Source: a virus (taxonomy: Duplodnaviria > Caudoviricetes). Taken from it: 25,096 nucleotides of DNA. A program made the translations under genes and the position numbers. Below, in pieces: positions 7,959-15,791 of this stretch. The notes beneath the pieces were generated by a model. The model was not told the DNA's origin. It saw nothing but the letters and a program-made list of their open reading frames with translations, and searched no databases. The stretch spans positions 1-25,096 of IMG/VR virus record IMGVR_UViG_3300037440_000296; one strand, given 5' to 3'. Position 1 is the stretch's first letter; the number at the start of each line of letters is the position of its first letter.

Positions 7959-8749
7959 CAGGACTCCCTCTCGATCAGGTTTTGCAGCTCGGCGTCGACC
8001 TCAGACCTGCCGAGGTCCAGGTAGCGCCGGGCGGCCCGCACGGTGGCCTCGATCCGGTCGATCGCACCGCGCAGCCAGTGCTCCTCGGGCGCGGGCAGGT
8101 CGCCGACGTGGCGCAGGATCTCGTCGCCTTCGCGGGCACCGCGCTCGGCCCACTCGCCGAGACGGTTCACCCACAGCAGCGCATCGGTGCGCCGGTCGAC
8201 GTCGTCCGTGTTGGCGATCCGCTCGGTGCGAACGGTCCGGTCGGTCGCGGCCTTGCGGTAGTGCTCACCGATGGCCCGGCCGACCGTCTGACGCGCGGCC
8301 TTGTCCTCGATCACCTGTGCAGCGACCTCGGGATCGGTGAGCAGGTCACGAACGGCAGCGGCCCGGTCCTCGGTGGAGGACGTCGGTCCAGTGCGGCCGG
8401 TGCCCTTGTGGCCGAGCGCGGCGTGCGCCTGCGTGACGGTCATACCGTCACGAATCAGCTCCTGGCGGGTCCGGAGTAGCTGATGGACCTTCCATGACAC
8501 TGTTGCGAACCTGTTCGCAACAGGCCACGCGGCCGAGACGTCCCGGTAAGTGCGCAGGGAGTCAGCCGCGACGCCAACCTCGTCGGCATAAGCGGCCAGC
8601 TTTTCCCCGCTGCCATTGCTGGCATGGGTATCGCCCATCGGGGCGATCTCCAGCGCGGCGTCCCCGAGGAACCAGTTGCGGTTTCCGTCGCGGATGATCC
8701 CTTCCCGCACCAGCTCCTGCCAGCGCGGCGATCCGATCTTGATAGTCAT
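7958..8749 (-). CDS. DUF6192/RacO-like DNA-binding protein
   Basis: WFLGDAALEIAPM...LAAYADEVGV...LRTYRDVSAAWP...VSWKVHQLL, MTVTQA, C-terminal VDAELQNLI; GGAGG RBS. Confidence 0.65.
   Translation of the reverse strand: MTIKIGSPRWQELVREGIIRDGNRNWFLGDAALEIAPMGDTHASNGSGEKLAAYADEVGVAADSLRTYRDVSAAWPVANRFATVSWKVHQLLRTRQELIRDGMTVTQAHAALGHKGTGRTGPTSSTEDRAAAVRDLLTDPEVAAQVIEDKAARQTVGRAIGEHYRKAATDRTVRTERIANTDDVDRRTDALLWVNRLGEWAERGAREGDEILRHVGDLPAPEEHWLRGAIDRIEATVRAARRYLDLGRSEVDAELQNLIERES
8500..8523. promoter_or_regulatory. perfect intragenic inverted repeat CTGTTGCGAAC-CT-GTTCGCAACAG; candidate protein-binding site
   Basis: 11-bp arms with 2-nt spacer, built from codons rare for this genome. Confidence 0.6.
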
Positions 8750-9030
8750 GTTGCTACCTCCTGGTGATGGTTGGGATTGGGTACGTGGCAGGCCGCGCCC
8801 GGTGCGATCCCGGCCTCGACGGACCGAGCGCCCAGCTCGACCGCGGCGACCGGGACCAGCGCCTTGATCTTGGCGATCTGACTGCACCGCTTGCCGCGCG
8901 GGCAGCCGCAGAACCAGCCTTGCCACGGCAGGTGCCCGACCCGGTGAACGGTGCGGTCGGCCACCACCCACGCGGCGACCACGCCGCGGGTCAGGTAGAC
9001 GTGGCTGATCGTGATCTCGACGTTGCTCAC
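8746..9030 (-). CDS. SWIM-like zinc finger protein
   Basis: WFCGCPRGKRCSQI (CxC-x5-C, with Gln at the usual His position); GTGA overlap. Confidence 0.6.
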   Translation of the reverse strand: MSNVEITISHVYLTRGVVAAWVVADRTVHRVGHLPWQGWFCGCPRGKRCSQIAKIKALVPVAAVELGARSVEAGIAPGAACHVPNPNHHQEVAT

Positions 9031-9317
9031 CGGACCTGCTCCTCGATCTCGGTTTCCGAGCGCGGGCACCACAGCGAGGCCCCGCCGTTGGTCATGCGGT
9101 AGTGCCGCTTGACGCCGAGCACGCGCCGGTTGTCCCGCATGGCCACCACGTGGAGACTGACCTCCTGGCCACAGCCGGGGCACGGCACCCGGTCGACCAC
9201 CTTGGCGGGCCGGGGTCGCCTGTTCTCGCTCGCCTTGCGCCGCTGGACCTCGGCCTCGTCGAACAGTGGGGCCGTGTCGACCCCGGCGAACTTGCGCGCC
9301 AGCCAGCCGTCAGCCAT
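9027..9317 (-). CDS. hypothetical zinc-ribbon protein
   Basis: CPGC...H...C; GGGGAG RBS. Confidence 0.65.
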   Translation of the reverse strand: MADGWLARKFAGVDTAPLFDEAEVQRRKASENRRPRPAKVVDRVPCPGCGQEVSLHVVAMRDNRRVLGVKRHYRMTNGGASLWCPRSETEIEEQVR

Positions 9318-9915
9318 CGAAGAACTCCCCGAGCGATCGGTTGTCTTTCAGTGGGGGAGGTGCCGGGACACCGTCCTCGGCCTTGTGCGCCGACCTGGGC
9401 AGGGTGCAAAAGTCGACCTGGTCAATGTCGGCGTAGCCACCGTGCGTGCAGTACAGGCCGTCCGGCTCTCCCTGGTACGGGTGGTCGAACACACCGGCCC
9501 GGCCGAGGGTCTCCGGGATCAGCCGATGCGCCCGGACGAGCGCGCTCGTCGTCGAGTCGTCGGCCGGGTCGCCGTAGCCTGCGGCCCGCAGCAGCCGGAC
9601 CAGGTCGGTCAGCCGCAGGGTGGCGGGCCAGTCGTCGATCGACGCCTCACCGAACCCGTCCGGCCGGTGCACGACGATCGGCAGGCCGCCGCCGTCCTCG
9701 CGGTAACCCGCGGCCTGCCGTAGCCACTTGGGCAGCTGCAGGTCGCGCCGGGCCTTGACCTCGATGGCCAACCCGGGCGTGCCGAGAATGTCCAGCCCGC
9801 GGCGACCGGCGCCCGCATCCTCGGCAAACGGCCAGCCGCGCGGTCGCAGGTACTCGGCGATCAACGCCTGAGTCTTGGCGCCGCGCCGCTTGCGGGTCCG
9901 GTTGGTGGCCATCAC
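9310..9915 (-). CDS. Holliday junction resolvase (PD-(D/E)xK, Hjc-like)
   Basis: RKRRGAKTQALIAEYL...GLDILG...LAIEVKAR...WLRQA...PIVVHR. Confidence 0.75.
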   Translation of the reverse strand: MMATNRTRKRRGAKTQALIAEYLRPRGWPFAEDAGAGRRGLDILGTPGLAIEVKARRDLQLPKWLRQAAGYREDGGGLPIVVHRPDGFGEASIDDWPATLRLTDLVRLLRAAGYGDPADDSTTSALVRAHRLIPETLGRAGVFDHPYQGEPDGLYCTHGGYADIDQVDFCTLPRSAHKAEDGVPAPPPLKDNRSLGEFFDG

Positions 9916-10319
9916 TCGACCTCGATCCCGGGGCCGTAGTTGCCGACCGCGAACTGCTCGACCAGCAGGTGTGTCCTGGCGATCGCCTCGTCGGGCCCGA
10001 GGAAGGCGATGCCGATGCTCACGAACGCATGGGCGAACCGGTGCGCAGCCTCGACGGCCTGCCGACTGTTGGCGGGCCGGTTGGTCCAGCGGAGCGACAT
10101 GCGGGCCTCGCCGATCAGGTGGTTGTCGATGCGGTGGCGTTCGGCGGCCTCAAGGAACGCGGCGCACACGCACGCGGCGACCTCGCCGTGATAGCGCCGA
10201 TCGCCCTCGCGCAGCATCAGGGTGGACAGGTCGCCGCAGTCACCTCGGGCGACGCCGTAGATGATCGCGGCAGCGGTGCGCCAGATGTCGGCCTGGCGCT
10301 CGGTGAGTGTGAGGGCCAT
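9912..10319 (-). CDS. hypothetical protein, 135 aa
   Basis: AAAGGGG RBS; GTGA overlap with next gene. Confidence 0.7.
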   Translation of the reverse strand: MALTLTERQADIWRTAAAIIYGVARGDCGDLSTLMLREGDRRYHGEVAACVCAAFLEAAERHRIDNHLIGEARMSLRWTNRPANSRQAVEAAHRFAHAFVSIGIAFLGPDEAIARTHLLVEQFAVGNYGPGIEVE

Positions 10320-10350
10320 CGGGTGACCCCTTTCTCGAGAGGGTGGAACC

Positions 10351-10386
10351 GGGCGAGGTGCGAGGGCCTGGAGGCCGCGCTCGCCC
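10351..10386 (-). terminator. hairpin immediately after the Cro-like gene (possible attenuator)
   Basis: GGGCGAG/CTCGCCC outer stem and GGCCT/AGGCC inner stem; no U-tract. Confidence 0.3.
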
Positions 10387-10623
10387 TCACCCGGTGGTCA
10401 GTAGCTGGGGCCGCGTTGCGGCCTTGCGGTACTTGGCCAGCCGCTCGGTCGCAAGCTGGTCGATCACGGCCGGGTCGAACAGGTAGGCGCCCTTCTGGCC
10501 GGGCAGCTTCTGCGCGTAGGGCAGCTGCCCGGTGCGGGCGAGCTTGGCCACGTGCCAGATGCTCAAGGCCAGCCGCTCGGCCGCCTGCGCCGTGGTGATC
10601 AGTTCGCGCTCTGTGTTGGCCAT
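10387..10623 (-). CDS. Cro/excisionase-like HTH (MerR-like, HTH_17) protein
   Basis: LITTAQAAERLALSIWHVAKLARTGQLP...GAYLFD; divergent from the repressor; probably leaderless. Confidence 0.85.
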   Translation of the reverse strand: MANTERELITTAQAAERLALSIWHVAKLARTGQLPYAQKLPGQKGAYLFDPAVIDQLATERLAKYRKAATRPQLLTTG

Positions 10624-10659
10624 GCGCCAAAGATAGGCGTACGCCCATAGATGGCACAA
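10617..10659 (-). promoter_or_regulatory. early lytic promoter with two operators
   Basis: TTGTGC(10659-10654)-18nt-TATCTT(10635-10630)-6nt-ATG; operators TGGCCATGCGCCAA 10617-10630 and TAGGCGTACGCCCA 10634-10647. Confidence 0.65.
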
Positions 10660-10677
10660 GCACCTGGGCGCGTTTCG

Positions 10678-10719
10678 TTGCCCGCGTCGGCGGGAGCAGG
10701 TAGCTTTGTCACGTGACAA
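10678..10719 (+). promoter_or_regulatory. repressor promoter with palindromic operator
   Basis: TTGCCC(10678)-17nt-TAGCTT(10701); perfect palindrome TTGTCACGTGACAA 10706-10719. Confidence 0.65.
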
Positions 10720-10748
10720 TCGACTGTCACGGACCACGGGAGGTAGCT

Positions 10749-11144
10749 ATGACCACGATGCAACAGACCGGATCGGTGCCGCGATGGACGCTCGCCGACA
10801 AGCTCCGCAAGGCCCGCCAGCACGCGGGGCTGGAGCAGGACGAACTGGCCGAGCAGCTCGGTATCGCCCGCCAGTCGGTCTCGAACTATGAACGCGGGCA
10901 GACCACGCCCAACCGCCCGATCGTGTGGGCCTGGGCCGACGTCACCGGGGTCGACCGGGCATGGCTGCTCGGGCACGGCGACGAGACCCGTCGCCCGCTG
11001 TCCCAGCTCCCCCGGTTGGACTCGAACCAACAACCTGCCGGTTACCTGCCCGGACTGGCACCCTTTCCGCTGACCGCCACCGCTCGCCGCGCCGCCGTCG
11101 CTGAGCTGCGCGAGCAGGTGCCGCTGGACGCGACGGCCGCCTGA
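10749..11144 (+). CDS. XRE-family immunity repressor containing attP; C-terminal ssrA-like tag
   Basis: LADKLRKARQHAGLEQDELAEQLGIARQSVSNYERG HTH; GGGAGG RBS; ends PLDATAA. Confidence 0.92.
   Translation: MTTMQQTGSVPRWTLADKLRKARQHAGLEQDELAEQLGIARQSVSNYERGQTTPNRPIVWAWADVTGVDRAWLLGHGDETRRPLSQLPRLDSNQQPAGYLPGLAPFPLTATARRAAVAELREQVPLDATAA
11006..11044 (-). mobile_element. attP: attP core: 3' half of a tRNA, most likely tRNA-Asn(GTT)
   Basis: Reverse complement TAACCGGCAGGTTGTTGGTTCGAGTCCAACCGGGGGAGC has a T-arm (GTTGG-TTCGAGT-CCAAC) and an acceptor 3' strand; no 5' half present. Confidence 0.88.
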
Positions 11145-11206
11145 GCGCGGCGCACTCTTGATCGAATCGTGACGCACCGTGGACCCCGCGCGCCCTTAAG
11201 ATCGCC

Positions 11207-12091
11207 ATGAACGCCGCCCGCGAATCCGATCGAGGGGGATCGGAAGTGCGAGAGACCTGGCCGCAGGCGATCAACGCCTGGACGAACTGGCTGGCCGCCT
11301 CGGGTCGGCCGCCCACCACGATCAGACTGCGCCGCTGGCACCTGCGCCGGTTGGCCGAGACGTACTTGGACCGGCGCCCGTGGCGCCTCGGCGTCGACGA
11401 GCTGGCCGCGTTTCTGCACGAGCAGCACTGGTCGCCCGAGACCCTCAAGTCGGGCCGGGCCTCGATCCGCTCGTTCTATCGCTGGGCCGAACTGACCGGC
11501 CGGATCAGGCGGAACCCCGCGGCCACGCTGCCCGGCGTGCCGGTGCCCCGAGGTGTGCCGCGACCGGTCGGCGAGCAGCTGATCGAGGCCGCGCTCGATC
11601 GGGCCAACGACCGGGTCCGGCTGATGATCCTGCTGGCCGCCTACGCCGGGCTGCGGGTCGGCGAGATCGCCCGGCTGCGGCTGCCCGACGTGGTCGGCGA
11701 CCGGCTGCGCGTTCGGGGCAAAGGTGGCAAGGGCCGGCTCGTGCCGATTCACCCGCGACTGGCCGACCAGCTGCGCGCCGAGCTGGCCCGCCGCGAGCGC
11801 GGCGAGGCCGGGTCCGGCTGGCGATACCGGGCGGGCCTGGACCGCCTGCTGTTTCCCGGACGGTATGGCCGAGGTGTCACCCCGGCCGCCGTGTCGCGGG
11901 TGGTCTCGGTCGCGCTCGGCGGCGAGGCGACGGCCCACCAGCTGCGTCACCGGTTCGCATCGCGCGGGTACGCCCGGACCCGGGACCTGCGGGCCGTGCA
12001 AGAGCTGCTCGGGCATTCCCGGCCCGAGACCACGGCCCGCTACACCGACGTGCCTGACAGCGCGCTCGATCGGGTGGTCCGCTCGCTCTGA
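11207..12091 (+). CDS. int: tyrosine integrase lacking an N-terminal arm-binding domain (alternative start GTG 11246)
   Basis: AGLRVGEI, GKGGK, HQLRHRF, LLGHS, TARY catalytic motifs. Confidence 0.95.
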   Translation: MNAARESDRGGSEVRETWPQAINAWTNWLAASGRPPTTIRLRRWHLRRLAETYLDRRPWRLGVDELAAFLHEQHWSPETLKSGRASIRSFYRWAELTGRIRRNPAATLPGVPVPRGVPRPVGEQLIEAALDRANDRVRLMILLAAYAGLRVGEIARLRLPDVVGDRLRVRGKGGKGRLVPIHPRLADQLRAELARRERGEAGSGWRYRAGLDRLLFPGRYGRGVTPAAVSRVVSVALGGEATAHQLRHRFASRGYARTRDLRAVQELLGHSRPETTARYTDVPDSALDRVVRSL

Positions 12092-12115
12092 GGTCACAAT
12101 CCGGTAACGGGCGCC

Positions 12116-12176
12116 TTGACATGCGCCCAGCGTTTGACACTGGATTGTCATGCGACTAAGTTTAGTCATATGACAA
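12116..12176 (+). promoter_or_regulatory. strong housekeeping-sigma promoter with three operators
   Basis: TTGACA(12134)-17nt-TAAGTT(12157); operators at 12116-12129, 12145-12158 and 12163-12176. Confidence 0.75.
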
Positions 12177-12961
12177 CGACCACCACCCACCGCCAGGAGG
12201 TCACCGTGACCACCGCAACCATCACCCGCACCGAGACCGGCAGCCAGCTGGTCGCCGCCCTTGAGAACGTGTGGACCGCGATCCGCGAGCGCCACCCCGA
12301 GATCCCCGCCGTCGTGATCATCACCGGCTCGTCGTTCAAGACCGGCCGCCCCGTGTGGGGCCACTACGGTCACGACTTCTGGACCAACGGCCGGTTCATC
12401 GTCGACGCCGAGGGCACCGTCGAGCGCGAGCACAAGCCCGAGCTGTTCGTCGCTGGCGAGCGCCTCGCGGTCGGCGCCACCGAGACCGTCCAGACCATGC
12501 TCCACGAGGCCGCCCACGGGCTGGCCGCCGCCCGCGGGATCAAGGACTGCTCGCGCCAGGGTCGCTACCACAACGGCCGCTTCCACGAGCTGGCCGTCGA
12601 GCTGGGCCTGGAGTACAAGCCCGAGCGCCCGGACTCGACCATCGGCTTCTCGGCCGTCACGATCACCGAGGAGACCCGCAAGGCGTACGCCGACGTGATC
12701 CGCGAGCTGACCGAGGCCATCGCGCTGACCGTCGAAATGCCCGGCTGGCTGACCCAGCTGCTCGGCGGCCCCAGCGGTGGCGACGGCGGGCACCACGCCC
12801 CACGTCGGCCGCGTGACCCGAGCCGCAAGTCGACCGGGCTGCCCAAGGCCGTCTGCGGCTGCGAGACCCCGCGCATCATCCGGGTGGCCCGCGCCACGTT
12901 CGAGCTGGCCGAGATCACCTGCGCCGAGTGCGAGCAGCCGTTCGAGCTGCTCGACAACTGA
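12170..12961 (+). CDS. SprT-like HExxH zinc metalloprotein with C-terminal Cys zinc ribbon (leaderless ATG 12170 or GTG 12206)
   Basis: MLHEAAH...GRYHNGRF; CGC...CAEC; AGGAGG before GTG 12206. Confidence 0.8.
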   Translation: MTTTTTHRQEVTVTTATITRTETGSQLVAALENVWTAIRERHPEIPAVVIITGSSFKTGRPVWGHYGHDFWTNGRFIVDAEGTVEREHKPELFVAGERLAVGATETVQTMLHEAAHGLAAARGIKDCSRQGRYHNGRFHELAVELGLEYKPERPDSTIGFSAVTITEETRKAYADVIRELTEAIALTVEMPGWLTQLLGGPSGGDGGHHAPRRPRDPSRKSTGLPKAVCGCETPRIIRVARATFELAEITCAECEQPFELLDN

Positions 12962-12968
12962 CCAACCC

Positions 12969-12995
12969 GCCCGGCCGGGACCGTCCCGGCCGGGC
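12969..12995 (+). terminator. intergenic 12-bp GC hairpin (terminator or processing site)
   Basis: GCCCGGCCGGGA-CCG-TCCCGGCCGGGC. Confidence 0.5.
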
Positions 12996-13015
12996 CTGAC
13001 CCCCGAGGAGGGATC

Positions 13016-13312
13016 ATGATCCGCAGACTCACAGACCCGTACCTGAGCCCGCAACAGCGGGCCACCATCCGCGTCCAGACCGAGCACGGCACCTACGCCG
13101 CGCACGTCGAGGACGTCGACCTGGCCCTCAGCCGCTACCTGCCGACAGGCGTATGGGAGGACTCGCCGCGCAACCTGCGCAGGCGTGTCGAGGCCGCGCT
13201 CGGTCACACGGTCAGCGTCAACCTGACCGTGATCGAGCTGCTCGTGATGCTGGCCTCGCCCGAGGGCGGGCTGCCGCGAGCCGTCCCGATCGACCAGCTG
13301 CCCGCAGTCTGA
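13016..13312 (+). CDS. hypothetical protein, 98 aa
   Basis: GAGGAGG RBS. Confidence 0.75.
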   Translation: MIRRLTDPYLSPQQRATIRVQTEHGTYAAHVEDVDLALSRYLPTGVWEDSPRNLRRRVEAALGHTVSVNLTVIELLVMLASPEGGLPRAVPIDQLPAV

Positions 13313-13323
13313 GGTGATCCACG

Positions 13324-13539
13324 ATGGCAACCGAGAACCACCCGCACCAGGACGAGCACCCGACCCTGCACGTCGAGCTGACCGTCTACCGGGTCCGCGG
13401 CGAGGTCAAGAACTTCTGGCGGGTCGTGGCGACCCGGCGAGCCGATCTGTCGAGCGGGACCCGCATCACCCGCGAGTACCCCAACGAGCAAGCGGGCACG
13501 ATGCTGGAGCACGCACTCCGCGAGGTGATGTTGCGATGA
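13324..13539 (+). CDS. hypothetical protein, 71 aa
   Basis: GAGGTGA RBS. Confidence 0.7.
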   Translation: MATENHPHQDEHPTLHVELTVYRVRGEVKNFWRVVATRRADLSSGTRITREYPNEQAGTMLEHALREVMLR

Positions 13540-13727
13540 ACGAGCTGACCACGAAGGTCGAGCAGATCAATCTGGACGGCCACCGGGTGCTCAGGCTGAC
13601 CCGCGGGCCGTACCTGCTGGGCTACTTCCCGAACGCCGACCAGCTGATCGCCGCGCTGCCCGGCCTGGGCCTGCGACCCTCGGACATTGAGATCGACGTC
13701 ACCGGCCGCGGCATCTACGGCAGCTGA
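13536..13727 (+). CDS. hypothetical protein, 63 aa
   Basis: ATGA overlap; GAGGTGA RBS; MNELTTKVEQINLDG... Confidence 0.7.
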   Translation: MNELTTKVEQINLDGHRVLRLTRGPYLLGYFPNADQLIAALPGLGLRPSDIEIDVTGRGIYGS

Positions 13728-13739
13728 CCCCGCCCCGAA

Positions 13740-13776
13740 CAACGGACCCCGGCACACGACCGGCCGGGGTCCGTTG
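13740..13776. terminator. bidirectional terminator between convergent operons
   Basis: 14-bp stem CAACGGACCCCGGC / GCCGGGGTCCGTTG. Confidence 0.75.
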
Positions 13777-13779
13777 CGT

Positions 13780-14073
13780 TCACAGCTCGCGGACGTCGAA
13801 CACCGGGGTTGCGCTCGCAACCTGGCCGGTGCTCGTGGTGATCCGGCAGGTCACCCGCGCCGAGGTCTCGGCCGTGCCACCGGACAGCCGGACGGTCACG
13901 TCGGTGTCGGTGTTGATCAGGTTCGAGAACGTGATCGGGTCGCCGCTGGCGTCGTCGACGAGGATCTCTTTCTCGGTGATGGTCTCGCCCTCGGCCAGCC
14001 AGGCCGCGAAGTTCCACCGGTAGTCCTTCACGTCGTCGGGATCTTTCACGATCCGCTCCGGGATGATATGCAC
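13780..14073 (-). CDS. putative fibre adaptor / virion protein, 97 aa
   Basis: VKDPDDVKDYRWNFAAWLAEGETI...VRLSGGT...VTCRITTSTG is a recurrent small phage virion family; GTG start follows the upstream stop. Confidence 0.7.
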   Translation of the reverse strand: MHIIPERIVKDPDDVKDYRWNFAAWLAEGETITEKEILVDDASGDPITFSNLINTDTDVTVRLSGGTAETSARVTCRITTSTGQVASATPVFDVREL

Positions 14074-14074
14074 C

Positions 14075-15487
14075 TCAGCCCACCACCTCGATCGTCCGAT
14101 CCTCTCGCACCGTGATCGTCCGGTCCTCCTGCGCCACCTCGACCACCCGATCCTCTCGCACCGTGACCGTCCGGGCCTCGTGCGCCACCTCGATCGTACG
14201 GCGCTCGGGCTGCACCCGGATGATCCGACTCTCGGGGACCGGGGTCTCACTGCCCTCGCCGATGCCGAGCAGCTCGCCGATGCCCAGGATCTCGGCCAGG
14301 CCGACCCGCTCGTTCTGGCCGGTGCCCTCCAGCACGCCGACGCCCAGGATCTCGCCGAGGCCACCGGCCTCCGGGACCTCTGGAGCGTCCCCTACGCCTT
14401 CCAGAATCCCGACCCCCAGGACTTGCCCCACCCCGGTGTGAACGGCTGCCCCTATGGCGCTCAGCGCGCCCTGGCCCACGATCTCGCCCTGCCCGTTACC
14501 GGCACCAGCGAGCCCGGCGCCCTCCAGTTCGCCGATGCCCAGGATCTCGCCCGTGCCCCCGGCGCCCGGCACCGCTGGCGCCTCGCCGGTCCCCTCGATC
14601 TGACCGACGCCGAGGACCTCGCCGAGCCCGGCTTGCTCGACCTGGCCGGTGCCCTCCAGTGCGCCGATACCGGCGATCTCGCCCAGGCCCTCGGCCGGAT
14701 CGACGCCCGGGGTCGACCCGACGCCCTCCAGCTGGCCGATGCCGACGATCTCGCCGAGACCGGCCTGCTCGACCTGGCCAGTGCCCTCGACCTTGCCGAT
14801 GCCCAGGATCTCGCCGAGGCCGGTCGCCTCGACCTGGCCGATGCCCTCCAGTGCGCCGATACCGGCGATCTCGCCGAGACCCTCGGGAACGGCTGCCGCC
14901 TCCTGGGCCGTGGCCCTTGGCGTGACGGCGTAGCTGTTCAGCCCGAGAATCTGAAAGTCGATCGTGTCGCCGTCGCTGACGTCGGCCCCGACGATCTGGA
15001 GCGCGTACTCCCATTCGGTGAAGTCGTTACCGGCGAACGGGACGCTCGGCGCGAACCCGTCCGTCGAGCCGGTGCCGGGCTTGAACGTCCCGGTGCGTAG
15101 CAGTGCGGTCGTGGGAGCGAGATCGGCGAACTGCGAGGAGTTGACGCCCTTCACGACCGCCGAGGTCGTGCTGATGTTCGTGAATGCGCCGCCGTTGAGG
15201 CTGAACTGTAGTTGCGCGTTCAGCCCGGCGCCCGCGCCCGCGTTCTCCCCGACCGCGATGCGCAGCCGGAACGTCTCGTCGACAGGCTGCGACCAGTTGG
15301 TATTGAGCGCGTGGTCCCACGAGGCCACGTTGAGCCCGACCGTGTCGCCCCTGGCCCGAAAGTGCGTCTGCACGTAGTTCGGGTTTGTGTGACCGCCAGC
15401 GAGCAGCCGGATCGGGCGGCCGTCCTTGCGATACCCGATTATCTCGCCGGGTCGCGCTCTCGCCGGATCAACGATCGAGCGTGTCAT
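14075..15487 (-). CDS. fibre-like protein: N-terminal leader, globular beta domain, 10 Gly-rich repeats, C-terminal RTITVREDR repeats
   Basis: GxGEIxGxGxLxGxG repeats; lies next to the adaptor gene. Confidence 0.75.
   Translation of the reverse strand: MTRSIVDPARARPGEIIGYRKDGRPIRLLAGGHTNPNYVQTHFRARGDTVGLNVASWDHALNTNWSQPVDETFRLRIAVGENAGAGAGLNAQLQFSLNGGAFTNISTTSAVVKGVNSSQFADLAPTTALLRTGTFKPGTGSTDGFAPSVPFAGNDFTEWEYALQIVGADVSDGDTIDFQILGLNSYAVTPRATAQEAAAVPEGLGEIAGIGALEGIGQVEATGLGEILGIGKVEGTGQVEQAGLGEIVGIGQLEGVGSTPGVDPAEGLGEIAGIGALEGTGQVEQAGLGEVLGVGQIEGTGEAPAVPGAGGTGEILGIGELEGAGLAGAGNGQGEIVGQGALSAIGAAVHTGVGQVLGVGILEGVGDAPEVPEAGGLGEILGVGVLEGTGQNERVGLAEILGIGELLGIGEGSETPVPESRIIRVQPERRTIEVAHEARTVTVREDRVVEVAQEDRTITVREDRTIEVVG
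14250..14881 (-). repeat. ten 20-24 aa coding tandem repeats
   Basis: e.g. GLGEIAGIGALEG; exact DNA repeat gccctccagtgcgccgataccggcgatctcgcc at 14651 and 14843. Confidence 0.9.
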
Positions 15488-15791
15488 TAGCTGCCTGCCT
15501 CATCACCCTGCGAAACTGCGCGTTGGGCACGTTCCGACCGGCGAGGATCTTCTGCGGGCCCGGCGCAGCGAGGTACTGCACGAGCCCAGCCATGTCCCCG
15601 CACAGCCAGCTCTCGCCCTCCCACCAGTACCAGTCGACGACGCGCGGGCCGTCGCCGTGCAGGATCTCCCTGCGCCTGAGCTGGACGTCCCACTGGACGA
15701 TGCACAACACGCCCAGCCCGGGCGCGGCCTGGGCCGGGCCGTCCTCATTCGTGAAGGTCGACCCGTCCCCGTAGTAGACCCGCCAGAGCAT
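15468..15791 (-). CDS. hypothetical Trp-rich protein, 107 aa
   Basis: MLWRVYYGDGSTF...DWYWW; TGATG coupling with upstream gene. Confidence 0.75.
   Translation of the reverse strand: MLWRVYYGDGSTFTNEDGPAQAAPGLGVLCIVQWDVQLRRREILHGDGPRVVDWYWWEGESWLCGDMAGLVQYLAAPGPQKILAGRNVPNAQFRRVMRQAANDTLDR

Noticed and set aside
11006-11044. Complete tRNA gene
   Set aside because: Only the 3' half is present (from the anticodon loop onward); there is no D-arm or 5' acceptor strand. It is an att core.
11158-11206. Separate integrase promoter (TAAGAT at 11197)
   Set aside because: Plausible -10, but no -35 at normal spacing; too weak to call.
11042-13330. 762-aa minus-strand ORF
   Set aside because: Antisense shadow of the integrase and the HExxH gene, caused by GC-rich codon bias; no motifs.
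14250-14881. CRISPR array or diversity-generating retroelement repeats
   Set aside because: These are in-frame coding repeats without unique spacers. There is no reverse transcriptase in the window and no evident adenine-specific variation.
14063-15100. 345-aa plus-strand repeat ORF
   Set aside because: Antisense reading of the Gly-rich repeats; no RBS or operon context.
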